This document shows positions 50,369 to 60,992 of a stretch of DNA of 64,000 nucleotides, piece by piece. The stretch covers positions 29,058 through 93,057 of the IMG/VR virus record IMGVR_UViG_3300044527_000952. One strand, written 5' to 3'. The stretch's first letter is position 1. Each line of letters begins with the position of its first letter. The notes beneath the pieces were generated by a model. That model worked only from the letters and a program-made list of their open reading frames with translations. It was not told where the DNA came from and made no database searches. This stretch comes from a virus. Made by a program: the position numbers and the translations under genes.

Positions 50369-50498
50369 TCATGAAAAACTTCCTATTTGGTACTATCTTT
50401 GGAATCATCATTGCTACGGTTGGTTTTAGTGGTGTAGCAAGATTGTTAGACAATAGTGTGGAAAAAGTAAAAGAAACAGTACAGGAGCAAGCTAACAG

Positions 50499-50693
50499 AT
50501 GAAAATTTTAAATTCTACATGGTTTACTAATAAAGATGCATGTATTGGTGTGGTAAAAGTAGACGTACCATATGAAGGTATCAAATACTTTATTGGTTTG
50601 GGTTTTGGTGAAAACAAAACTGCTGATGAACAGTATATCGCAGATTGGGGTTCAACTTTTCCAAAAGAAGCTGCAGAGAGTTTATTCAATTAA
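50499..50693 (+). CDS. hypothetical protein
   Basis: IADWG motif; RBS. Confidence 0.55.
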   Translation: MKILNSTWFTNKDACIGVVKVDVPYEGIKYFIGLGFGENKTADEQYIADWGSTFPKEAAESLFN

Positions 50694-50697
50694 CTAC

Positions 50698-50726
50698 TTG
50701 ACAAATTTATCCTAATTTGCTAAACT
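50698..50726 (+). promoter_or_regulatory. sigma70 early promoter
   Basis: TTGACA-aatttatcctaatttgc-TAAACT. Confidence 0.7.
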
Positions 50727-50753
50727 ACTCCTATAGTCAATAAGGAGATGTAA

Positions 50754-51452
50754 ATGAATATGCCAATCGGATACGCAAACAATACTGCAATTTGGTATGA
50801 AATGAGTCCTGCTGAACGTGCAGAATTATGTGGTATTACTGAGACAGACTATATAAATTACTTGCATGATATGGAAGTACGTTATACAATTATTGATGCA
50901 GCACTTACACAATCCACACAGGAGTTGGAAAATGCATAAAGTAATCAAGAAAGAAAAGCTTCATAATCGTTCAATGAAGAACAAAGACCGTATTTCTTAT
51001 CGTCTTGATTTTATTCATCAAGATGGTACACGGTTTTCTTTTGGTAATATCTCAACGATTGGTGATGTTCTTTTAATTCAAAATCAAGATCATCGTGATA
51101 CCATCATCAATGCTCTACAAGAGATTGCACTGTCTGACCCTACAGCGGTTGGGATAGTAACAGATGCACCACGTTGGGTTAGTCACAAGATTTACCCACA
51201 TTCGTTGCATGTTCAGGTTAACCTACTTGATTTGGAAGAAGCATGAGTAATAGTACAGAGCAATTAGTTAGAGTAAGCTTGGGTGATTCTGATTACAGTT
51301 TGTTAGAAAGTATGGGATATTTAAATAATTTTAAGATTCGCTCATTAACCCAAGAACAGCTAAATTATTATATGAGAAATAATGATATCAATTCGTTTGA
51401 TATTATGGTAGATACAATTACAGGAAATGAAAGTGAAGATAGGTTTAATTAG
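50754..51452 (+). CDS. three small overlapping early ORFs (50754-50939, ~50932-51246, 51243-51452)
   Basis: AAGGAG RBS; ATGA-type overlaps. Confidence 0.5.
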
Positions 51453-52272
51453 TGATGCACATTTAGAGTTTGGTGATTTATCCTTTGATAATGATCAAAA
51501 CGCAGACGTATTGATATTAGCAGGAGATATTCTTGTTGCTAAAGATTTAAAAGATTTTGCACGTGATGATGCAGTGATTCCACTACAACAATGGTCTAAT
51601 CGTTATCAGCGTGTTCTAGCATATCGTAAATTTTTAGAAGAATGCAGTGCTAAATTTAAACATGTGCTATGGGTAGCAGGTAACCATGAGTTTTATCATG
51701 GTAAATGGTTTGAAACCCTTGACATACTCAAGCATGAAGCAGAATATTTTCCAAATATTACTTTTATGGAAAATTCTACTGTTGATATTGATGGGTATAA
51801 GTTTATTGGTGCATCCATGTGGACTGATGCTAATAAACAAGATCCACTTACCAAAATTCACGTAGAAGCTGTACTAAATGATTACCGCATCATTAAAAAT
51901 GAAAAAGAGGGGTATCGTAGGTTAAGTATATCTGATTCGTTACAGCGTCATTTAGCAAGTATGAGGTATTTTAGTGAGCAGTGGGACAAATTTAAACATG
52001 ATAAAGTAATCATGGTAACACACCATGCTCCTACTTTTCAGTCAATTAGTCCTGATTATGTTGGTGAAACCTTAACAAATGGAGGATATGCTAGCGATTT
52101 ATCCAATGAAATTTTAAACAATCCACAAATTAAATTGTGGGTGCATGGACATGTTCATGCTAAGAATGATTACATAGTGGGAAATTGCCGTGTAGTTTCA
52201 AACCCACGTGGCTATATTGGTCACGAGGTAATTGCTGAGCAATGGCAACTTCAGTATTACGAAGTTATCTAA
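51427..52272 (+). CDS. calcineurin-like metallophosphoesterase
   Basis: SDAHLE, AGD, GNHE, THHAP, HGHVH, NPRGY. Confidence 0.9.
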   Translation: MKVKIGLISDAHLEFGDLSFDNDQNADVLILAGDILVAKDLKDFARDDAVIPLQQWSNRYQRVLAYRKFLEECSAKFKHVLWVAGNHEFYHGKWFETLDILKHEAEYFPNITFMENSTVDIDGYKFIGASMWTDANKQDPLTKIHVEAVLNDYRIIKNEKEGYRRLSISDSLQRHLASMRYFSEQWDKFKHDKVIMVTHHAPTFQSISPDYVGETLTNGGYASDLSNEILNNPQIKLWVHGHVHAKNDYIVGNCRVVSNPRGYIGHEVIAEQWQLQYYEVI

Positions 52273-52351
52273 ATTGCTTGACAACTAGGCCGAAAGCAGT
52301 TATTATACACACACGTTGACAAACAACGATTTTTTAAAAGGAAATTTAAAT

Positions 52352-52576
52352 ATGAAAACTACAGTTAAAGCTTCAAAACCCGTTCTTTCTAAAACCGCTC
52401 GCTTGGGTGAGCAGCTTCGTGCAGGTAAGACCTTTACCGCAGCACAAATCAAGCAACGTTTTGGATTGGCAAATCCACGTGCTAGCGTCAGCGATGTTCG
52501 TCGTGGTGGTCTTAAAGTCTACGCAATTCAGCGTAGCGGACGTGCTACTGTTTACTCAACTAAAGCACCTGTCTAA
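52352..52576 (+). CDS. small basic winged-HTH DNA-binding protein
   Basis: FTAAQIKQRFGLANPRASVSDVR; promoter 52278-52306; downstream hairpin GAGGGT-GCAAC-GCCCTC. Confidence 0.6.
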   Translation: MKTTVKASKPVLSKTARLGEQLRAGKTFTAAQIKQRFGLANPRASVSDVRRGGLKVYAIQRSGRATVYSTKAPV

Positions 52577-52670
52577 TTAAATGAGGGTGCAACGCCCTCT
52601 TATCTCCTTTTGATTATAGTTTTGAACGGATCTATTAAAAAATCCGTTCTTTTCTTTTATAAATACCAAC

Positions 52671-53054
52671 ATGAACGACATAAACCTTATCATACTAACA
52701 GTATCTTACGCAGTCTGTTTTTTTATGGGTGCAATTTTTGGTGTACGCATATTACAAAAACGTGTAACAGAAATATTGAAAAAAGATCAAAAATCAAGTG
52801 TGCAAGACGTAGAACCATCAGAAAAAATTACACGTGTTAGCATGCCAGCCTGTATGATGCGTGTTGAACATGTAGATGGACTTATGTTATTCTATAATTG
52901 CGAAGATGATAAATTCGTTTGCCAAGGTTCTACGCTTGATGAATCTGCCAAAAATTTTTGTACGAACACTAAAAATGAGTTGGTTGGCATGACTGTTATA
53001 AATGGTAAAAAATTTGTATTCCATGATTTTGAATGTTTACCCGTAATAGAGTAA
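52671..53054 (+). CDS. membrane-anchored hypothetical protein
   Basis: N-terminal TM; FVCQG.TLDE. Confidence 0.55.
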   Translation: MNDINLIILTVSYAVCFFMGAIFGVRILQKRVTEILKKDQKSSVQDVEPSEKITRVSMPACMMRVEHVDGLMLFYNCEDDKFVCQGSTLDESAKNFCTNTKNELVGMTVINGKKFVFHDFECLPVIE

Positions 53055-53057
53055 ATT

Positions 53058-53588
53058 ATGAAAGTTAAAATATCAAAATACCTTAAAGCAGGTAGAAAAA
53101 TTGCGGTGCATATTGAGAATTGTGATATATGGAGTTTAGACACTACCTTAGCGTATATCATTTATCCTGCTTTGTTAGAATTACGCATGGTTAAACATGG
53201 TGTTCCTGCTGACTTTGCTCAGGTTGGTGGTGAAGATTGGCATGATCAAGGCTGCTTTGATTTTTACAAAGAAACACACGATTGGGCATTCAATGAAAAG
53301 ATTAAAGAATGGGACGTAATTCTCGATAAAATGATATGGTCATTTGGGCAATTAATATGGGATAATGAAGAATCCTTCCATTATGGTAAAGTACCTAGGT
53401 TTAAATTTGTTAAAACAGGTCAAACCATGTTAAATCCTATAACCAATCAAGTTGAACAATTAAGTCAGATGGTTGATCCTGATCCTACTAGTCATTATTT
53501 TGACGCAGCAGGATACACATTATATCAAGATCGTATCCAAGAAGGATTAGATTTGTTTGCAAAATATTATCGTTCACTATGGGATTAA
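53058..53588 (+). CDS. conserved T4-like phage protein
   Basis: DIWSLD.TLA.II.P, WD.ILDKMIWSF, G..LF.KYY..LWD. Confidence 0.65.
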   Translation: MKVKISKYLKAGRKIAVHIENCDIWSLDTTLAYIIYPALLELRMVKHGVPADFAQVGGEDWHDQGCFDFYKETHDWAFNEKIKEWDVILDKMIWSFGQLIWDNEESFHYGKVPRFKFVKTGQTMLNPITNQVEQLSQMVDPDPTSHYFDAAGYTLYQDRIQEGLDLFAKYYRSLWD

Positions 53589-53589
53589 C

Positions 53590-54093
53590 GTGAAAGAAAA
53601 ATTTATAAAACTTTATGCAGATATTGCTAAACGAGTATCGGAATTAAGTTATGCTGTACGGTTGAAAGTTGGTGCGATTATTGTTAAAGATGATCGTATC
53701 ATCAGTATTGGTTATAATGGTATGCCTAGTGGATGGGACAATGGCTGTGAATATACTGAATTTATGCCTATCAACGACCCTACAGCAAAATTTCAAGACT
53801 ATCCTTTTACAGGTAATTTTTGGATTAATGGTCACAGCGTAGAAAGAAGATACAGACTAAAAACCAAACCTGAAGTATTGCATGCTGAATCAAATGCTTT
53901 GGCAAAATTAGCTAAGTCTAACGAGAGTGGGGATGGTGCTGATTTGTTTATTACACACAGTCCTTGTATCGATTGCGCTAAACTAATTTACCAATCAGGT
54001 ATTCGTCGTGTGTATTTTGGTACACACTATAGGGACGATGCAGGGATAAAATTTCTTGAAAAAAGTGGAGTAGAAGTTATTTCACATGGATAA
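53590..54093 (+). CDS. dCMP deaminase
   Basis: KVGAIIV, GYNG, HAESNA, SPCIDC. Confidence 0.92.
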   Translation: MKEKFIKLYADIAKRVSELSYAVRLKVGAIIVKDDRIISIGYNGMPSGWDNGCEYTEFMPINDPTAKFQDYPFTGNFWINGHSVERRYRLKTKPEVLHAESNALAKLAKSNESGDGADLFITHSPCIDCAKLIYQSGIRRVYFGTHYRDDAGIKFLEKSGVEVISHG

Positions 54094-54713
54094 TCATACC
54101 TTAACAGTTACCATACCATTTGGTAAGTTAGGAGATATTTTTGATTGGTGTCAACATAATTGCACAGGCGAATGGCATTTCGCTAATTTAGAAGTAGGTG
54201 GACAAGATGCAGGACATTATGTTGTAAGTTTTAGTAATGAAAATGATTGTAATTTTTTCGCAATGAGATGGATGTAGGTCAACGTTTTTTAATTTTTTCA
54301 GGGGTGCCTAATATTTCTACTCATGAACACTGTTGTTTTATCATAGATTTTACATGGTGGGTAGAAAATGATGCAGAAATTACAAGTTGGTTATTAAAAA
54401 ATATTGGGGTAAATAATTTTAAATTAGATGGTATTGTTCTACAATTTACCACAGCAGAACTACAATCATTTTTTTTGCTTACTTGGAGTTAATTATGATT
54501 ATTATTGTTGATTCTTTTGATTGCCAACAAGCAATGAACGATTTAGGTATTGACCAAGATAGCAATGAATTTGTACCTGCTTTTGAAAAAAGACATGATT
54601 GTTTTGTACACCATTACGTGTTATCTTGCGGAATTAAACAATTTAATTGTATTGCGTATATCGAGTTTCATAATGAAGCAAGTTATAACTTATTTGCGTT
54701 GAAATACATGTAG
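54086..54713 (+). CDS. three LRWS-family ORFs (54086-54277, 54268-54492, 54495-54713)
   Basis: C-termini FFAMRWM, FFLLTWS, LFALKYM. Confidence 0.65.
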
Positions 54714-54721
54714 CGAAATAC

Positions 54722-54750
54722 TTGACAACAATTTTTTAATATTTTATAAT
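54722..54750 (+). promoter_or_regulatory. sigma70 promoter upstream of the main array
   Basis: TTGACA-17-TATAAT, perfect consensus. Confidence 0.8.
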
Positions 54751-54762
54751 AGGAATGAATAA

Positions 54763-54912
54763 ATGTACAAATATCAACTTTGGGTACGACTTAACGACTA
54801 TCAAACCGCTAATACCATCATTTGGGCAAATAATGACTATGAAGCTAAAATGCTTGGTGAGGCACAATATGGAGTAGGCAATGTCCTCAACTACACAAGA
54901 ATTGACGATTGA
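54763..54912 (+). CDS. 49-aa protein (not in ORF track)
   Basis: MYKYQLWVRL...EAKMLGEAQYG; AGGA RBS after promoter. Confidence 0.6.
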   Translation: MYKYQLWVRLNDYQTANTIIWANNDYEAKMLGEAQYGVGNVLNYTRIDD

Positions 54913-55105
54913 AACTAGAGAAGTTGACAAAGAAGGTTGCTACGATTGGGTAGAAACTTATGCATTATTGCCTAAAATAACTATTTCAGGTAAAATGCTA
55001 TGGTTTAAGAAATGCTACAAACGTAGAGTGCGTATTGTTTGGAAACAACCATATGATATTGATTACATTATGGAGTATGCTACTGCCTTAGATTTATTGA
55101 AGTAA
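54881..55105 (+). CDS. hypothetical protein
   Basis: W...YALLPK.TISGK.LWFKK.Y pattern. Confidence 0.55.
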   Translation: MSSTTQELTIETREVDKEGCYDWVETYALLPKITISGKMLWFKKCYKRRVRIVWKQPYDIDYIMEYATALDLLK

Positions 55106-55107
55106 CC

Positions 55108-58100
55108 ATGAATGTTAAGCGATATAGTGCGCATACATGGGGATGGGATACTAATTGTAATGGGTGGTATCTAGCATATGTCAATAGTGGTAATTATGAA
55201 GAAGTCTTAGATTGGTTATACGATAATGTAGAAGGGTGTGAAAAACATTGTCGTTGGCGTTTTTTCCATGCGCATACTGAGGTGAAATTTAGACATGAAC
55301 GTGATTTTGTATGGTTTAATTTAGTGTGGCGATAATGGCATATTTTGTTCAAAATAATGAATTGAAACATGTTTTATATAAGTTGTGGGAAGATTCAGGA
55401 CAAACAAGTGTACCAAAATTGGGTACTGATTCAAGGATTCAGTATTGTGATTGGTATTATGATAATTATGGTATCAACCTTGTTTATAATGGACATGAGT
55501 TAAAAGGTATGATTTTTAAAAGTGCGGAACATTATACTTGGTTTATTTTAAATTATTCTTAATATGCTATTAACTAGAACTGAATTTATAAAATATGCTA
55601 ATAAACATTGGCCTAATATAGGTACGGATAATACTAGCCCATTATGGATACCTGAAGTAAGTTTAGGTGAACAATGTCAATATTTTTTGTTTATTCCTGT
55701 GATGCAACGTTGGAACAAAAGTGATTTTTGGGAATGGTCAGATAAATTATTGATTGGGAAAACACGATGTTTCATGCGTGGTAATGATGGTGAAATATGG
55801 GGATTTACCAATGAAGATGATATTAATATGTTTTTGCTGAGGTGGTCATGAAAGATTGTATCCAAGATTTTATTGTAGCTTGGAAGCATTATGATGGGCT
55901 TTCTGCTCCAACTATTACAAGGTGGAGCAATAGGTTAGCTGAGGGTGGCTATTATAGTGTTACATTGACAGGTCAAAGTCTTTTAGTTGATTGGCAGGAT
56001 GTTCATCGATGGTGTGAGGATGAGTTTGGCGAAAGACACTATACTTGGACTGGTAACGTATTTTGGTTCGAAAATGAATGTGATGCTAATTGGTTTGCCC
56101 TGAGGTGGTCATGAGTAAAAGAGATTGGTGTAATATTCCAGTAAAGGTTCCATATCGTAGCACAGGTCAATGGCGTGATCTGCGTATATGGCTGATGGAA
56201 AATGTCAACGACATGGACTATGATGCTGCTGGTGTAGATTTACAGGATTATGATAAGAGGGTCTTTTATTTTGCTAGATCAAAGGATGCTATATGGTTCG
56301 CACTGAAATGGAGTTAACCTATCACAAGATAGTCAGTTATGAAGGGCCAGACGCTCATCCTTTATACAATGCTATTAAGCACAGCATTGAATGGGTAGGA
56401 AAAAAGCATCAAGTCACGAGTCCTATGGATTTGAAATACTTGACTGAAGAAGAATTTGGTATTAAAATTGGAGCAGTGGAATACCTAAGGAACACATCAG
56501 GTAATTATAGATATAGGGTAAGTTTCCGTGATGAACAACATTATACTTGGTTTATATTGAGGTGGTCATGATTGGTTTTTATTTAGAAAATTTTCTAATA
56601 AATTGTCCCATATATTGGCAAAACTTTGTAAAGGCTAATCAGGATAATCCTGATCATGACATAGCCTTAAGAATACTTAATAGAAAACTTAAGCCCTTTA
56701 AAGCAAGATATGTTCCAGCAGATTATCTAGACCAAGATAAAGTCATATTTGAAGATGAGCATAGCTTAAATTGGTTTATATTAAGATGGGCGTAGTAAGA
56801 CCACAAGATTTTGAACATCGTATAGAAATTGAACCTATACTGACTAAAAGTCATGAAGATGCCATTCATGAATGGTGTAGGCGACATTTAGGTAGATACG
56901 GTGAAACTTGGTATACCTATTACAGCCACCAAAGTCATAAAATCATAGTATGTTTTCAGCATAGCCAAGATGCTGTTTGGTTTACTTTGAGGTGGTCATA
57001 ATGTATACTCTTAACTTAGCTGAATTACCCGCTACCAAGTCTGTAGAATTTTTAGTATGGATTTTTACTAATCAAATTGGAAATTATATGTCTCTGCTAG
57101 AATTAATAACCAAAGACGATAAATGGCATTATAAAACAAGTATTCCTTTTGAATGCACTGAACAAGAAGCAATGTTGGTAATTTTGAGGTGGTCGTGATA
57201 CATTGGCAATACACTGGGGTAGCACCGTGGGAAGATATCGTACGGTGGTGCTATGATAATCTGCAGGGTGAATGGTCTGCCGCTTGGGAAACCATACACT
57301 TCCGTAGTGAGAGTGATTATGTTTGGTTCATGTTGAGGTGGAGTTAATGACTTATATTAATGATTTTAATATTATAATTAATATCCAGGTATGGTATAGA
57401 CATAATCGCTTGGTTAATTTAGCCAACGATGATCGGGTTTGGCGTGAGGATTTTCGGGCTTGGTTGAAGGAACAAGGTTGTGAGATCGATCCAGGGCCTG
57501 GTAATAATAGGTTGTTGAGAAACGGTTTAGGCTTCGCACCCGGCTATGATCAATTACGATTTGAAGATGATCGGGATGCTACTGTGTTTATATTGAGGTG
57601 GTCATGAAAATTCAGCGAATACATGAATCAAGCGATGGTCAAAAGATATATGTGTTAGGCTCGGTTACTACACTTTCATTTCGTCAATATATGGATCAAT
57701 ACTCAGATTCAACTGTATGGAGTAGAGAACATCAGGCACATCATGCTATTAAACGACTCATAAAATTGGAATACGGTGAATTATATCAATGGTTATGTAG
57801 TCAAGATTGTCAAACAACCAATTGGATTGATGATAAAATATTTTCACTACCATATCAATTCAGTGCTCAAATCGATTTATTTGATTGGGGTATAGGGTTC
57901 AGGTCAAATGATCCCAAAGAAACTTTGTTTATATTGAAGTGGCAATGAATTATAATAGTAAATTTGATCAATATCATATGAAAATTACTGATAATTATAT
58001 TACGGTAAATCGTAATAAACTCGATATTGTTGAAGCTATAAAGTGGGTTAAAAAGAATTGCCCACACTATATAACAAATCAATATCACGGTAATTATCAT

Positions 58101-58830
58101 GGCAATGATCTTATTGATTTCTTTTTTTTAGACAAGCCAAAAGCTAAAGAAGAGATGACAATGTTTATTTTAAAATGGGCATAATGATTAATTTTGATAG
58201 TCCATTTAAAAAAGAATGGGAAGAACAATTAAAATGGTTGGATGAAACTATACAAAGAAATTATACCAATGATGGTAGACCATTCAATAAAAGTACAGTG
58301 GCTCAATTTTTAGAATGGCGCAGTATGGATAAAGAAACATGGAAGTTTAGAATACAAGGATTGCCTCCTACACTTATAGTTACTTTTAAAGACCCTGAAC
58401 ATGAATTCTTATATAATTTAAGATGGAGATAAATTGGCTATTGATGTAATCATTGAAGGAAAAGAGTTATCACAATATATGGACATTGTGCGTGAACTAC
58501 GTGCCTCAGGATTAAATCAAGGAGAACATTTTGATTTTAAATACATTCCATCAGTATATGATTACGAAAAATATAGAATTACTCCAAAAAAAGTTATCTT
58601 TACATTTTATGATGAACAATACTCTACATTATTTCGTTTAAAATATGAATCCTAAATATCCGTATATTGCATCTATTTGTCCTCCTGATGGTGGTAAACG
58701 TGGTTGGTATGATGTAATATCGTGGTGCCATGAAAAGATAGGTGCCACACATTCTCAATATGTAGGTGAAGGTGTTTTTGCATTTGAAAATGAAAGTGAT
58801 TATATGATGTTTTTGTTGAGGTGGTCATGA
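55108..58830 (+). CDS. contiguous run of 16 LRWS-family ORFs: 55108-55335, 55335-55562, 55564-55851, 55848-56114, 56111-56317, 56308-56571, 56568-56795, 56786-57001, 57001-57198, 57195-57347, 57347-57607, 57604-57948, 57945-58184, 58184-58432, 58434-58655, 58645-58830
   Basis: all end in a motif like WF-x-L-R/K-W-S and are stop/start coupled; 57195-57347 (50 aa) is missing from the ORF track. Confidence 0.8.
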
Positions 58831-59090
58831 ATATATATCAAGGTGTTACATTTAATAAAAAAATTGACGAAGCACTAGAACGTGCGGGTGGTAGGTTATT
58901 TCTAGCAAATTTAGATCGCCCTGCGTTAGAACAATTTGTACGTGAAATATTATTAGATGTTACAGAAGAAATTATTGATTGGAAAAATGCAAAAGATGAA
59001 AGTATGAATGATCTTTATTGGGATGGTTATGAACAAGGTATGGTAGATGCGCTTGTTGCTGTAAGATTATGGGGGCAAGACGTAGATTGA
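58827..59090 (+). CDS. hypothetical protein (possibly distant MNERI-like)
   Basis: starts at a junction repeat; ALERAG...LEQFVREIL. Confidence 0.55.
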   Translation: MNIYQGVTFNKKIDEALERAGGRLFLANLDRPALEQFVREILLDVTEEIIDWKNAKDESMNDLYWDGYEQGMVDALVAVRLWGQDVD

Positions 59091-59326
59091 ATACTAAGGA
59101 ATGTCAATGTTTTGAATGTCTCAAACCAAATTTTATCAAGTTTGTCAGTACCTTTATCGTATGTGACACATGTGGTAACAAACGTTGCCCACACGCTACT
59201 GATCATAGATTAGGATGCACCAACCGCAATGACCCAGGACAACTTGGCAGCAGATACGGTGTCTACCCACACCCATCTATAGAGTTATTAGATTTTTTGG
59301 ATGCTGCCAATGAAGATAAAGAATAA
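59069..59326 (+). CDS. Cys-rich zinc-binding protein
   Basis: CQCFEC, CDTCGNKRCPHATDH, C...N.PGQ.GS.Y. Confidence 0.65.
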   Translation: MGARRRLNTKECQCFECLKPNFIKFVSTFIVCDTCGNKRCPHATDHRLGCTNRNDPGQLGSRYGVYPHPSIELLDFLDAANEDKE

Positions 59327-60991
59327 TCATTTGCCACGTAATGGACAATATGAAATATTTACTACTCAAGGACGCACTTATTGTTTTGATGATCCATCGT
59401 TAGAAGTCATGCAAGCACCTAATGAAATGTTTGAATGGTTAAGAAATATGCCAAGAGAACTATGTAGACCACTAGATCATACTAATGTTGCATTTTATCT
59501 AACTCCTGAAATGTATACCTTGTGGAAAATTACTTGGTTATGATATAATGATGAGAAGACTTAAAAAAGAAATTTGGCCTTATAAAATTACAGTGAATTA
59601 TCCTGCTGATTCTCAAATTATTGATATTGAATTATGGTTAATTGAAAAGTTTGGTGAAAGAAGAAATAAGTGGAATGTAGTTTATGGTTTTTATAAGTCT
59701 GATTTTTACTTTAAAGAAGAATCTATGCTAACATTTTTTGCAATGCGATGGAACTAACATATAGTCAAATAGTATCTTATTTGAGGTGGTCATGAAATAT
59801 ATACAGGATTCTGACCTGTGGTATACACTACAGGTATATTTTAAAAATAATATCATGCCCAACTTGGTGAATGATGATAAAGTTTGGGCACATGAATTTA
59901 GACGATGGCTTAAAGAACAAGGTGCTGAAATTGAGCATTTAATGAACCAACGATTAGTGCGTAATAGTTTAGGTATAGCACCCCACTATGATAAATTGGT
60001 CTTTGAGGATGAACAAAGGTTAGCTTGGTTTGTGTTGAGGTGGTCATAAAATTAAAAAATTAATTAAAATTAACGGTAAACACTATAATGACTACATGCC
60101 ATGTGGCTTAAACATTATAGAAAAACTTTGGTGGTGGTTGGTTCCAGGTGTTCTTGTCAAAGTAAAATGGCCCAAGGGTATGATCACAGTAGATCATAAT
60201 GACCCACGTTGGTTTGATTGTGGTGGTGCAGTATGGGTAACCTACGAAAGCACTGATCCTAATGATCATTATCGCCCATGGATGGAAGCAAATATTGGTA
60301 AACAAAAGTGGGATTGGGATTGGGGATTTGTAGGCAATGATGTTTCAGATAACTGTTTAACCATTAAAGTTAGACAAAATAAGGCAGAGTATGCTACAAT
60401 GATGATTATGATGTGGGGATAGTATGCGAATAAAACCTTTTCAATCACGATATGCAGTAACTTGGGATGAATATCCTACAGGTATTTCCAACCCTAATGG
60501 TAAAGTGAAGATGGTAAATTGGTGTATCAAAAACTTAAAATTAGATTATATTACTTTGGGGTTTTACGCATATGACCCAAATGGGTTTTACGAACATAAT
60601 CCACCAAATGCTGTAAATTCTTGGATGTTAATTAATTTATCAAATGATATTTTGATAACAACAGAAGACGATGTTCATTTAAAATTATTAGACCATGGAT
60701 CACTAAAAGCAATTATACTTGATGATTACAGCAAAGCATGCGAATTAGCAGACTATGTTGATCAAATTCATACATTTAATATAATTAAAAGATACTGACA
60801 TGAGAACCGCACTTTTTCAGCGTGAATTCACCGTAAAGGAGGTAGGTCCTATTAGTGATTTTTTAAAACAATGTAGGAAAATGATGGGACAACCTTCACC
60901 TCAAACATGGGTGTTTCATGGAAATTATCATAAAATTGTTTTATATATTTATGACGATAAGTATGCCACATGGTTTAGTTTAAGGTATTGA
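59310..60991 (+). CDS. distal array ORFs: 59310-59543, 59548-59757, 59748-59795 (15 aa), 59792-60049, 60096-60422, 60424-60798, 60800-60991
   Basis: C-termini LWKITWL, FFAMRWN, YLRWS, WFVLRWS, MMIMMWG, (non-member), WFSLRY. Confidence 0.65.
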
Positions 60992-60992
60992 T

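Larger units (their letters stand above)
55837..60049 (+). repeat. dispersed junction repeat (T/C)TGAGGTGGTC(A/G)T(G/A)A
   Basis: copies at 55837, 56100, 56557, 56987, 57184, 57593, 58816, 59781, 60035; variants at 57333 (TTGAGGTGGAGTTAATG) and 57934 (TTGAAGTGGCAATGA). Confidence 0.9.

Noticed and set aside
55842-59786. ORF-track starts reading MVM..., MVY..., MVC... in the array
   Set aside because: These are upstream GTG/TTG/ATG codons inside the previous gene's conserved tail. The coupled ATG at the junction is the more plausible start.
55837-60049. CRISPR array interpretation of the TGAGGTGGTCATGA repeats
   Set aside because: The repeats are only about 15 nt, spacing is irregular (150 to over 1000 nt), the intervening DNA is protein-coding, and there are no cas genes.
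54086-60991. Classical integron or diversity-generating retroelement
   Set aside because: No attC-like palindromes, tyrosine recombinase, reverse transcriptase or adenine-specific TR/VR pair is visible in the window.
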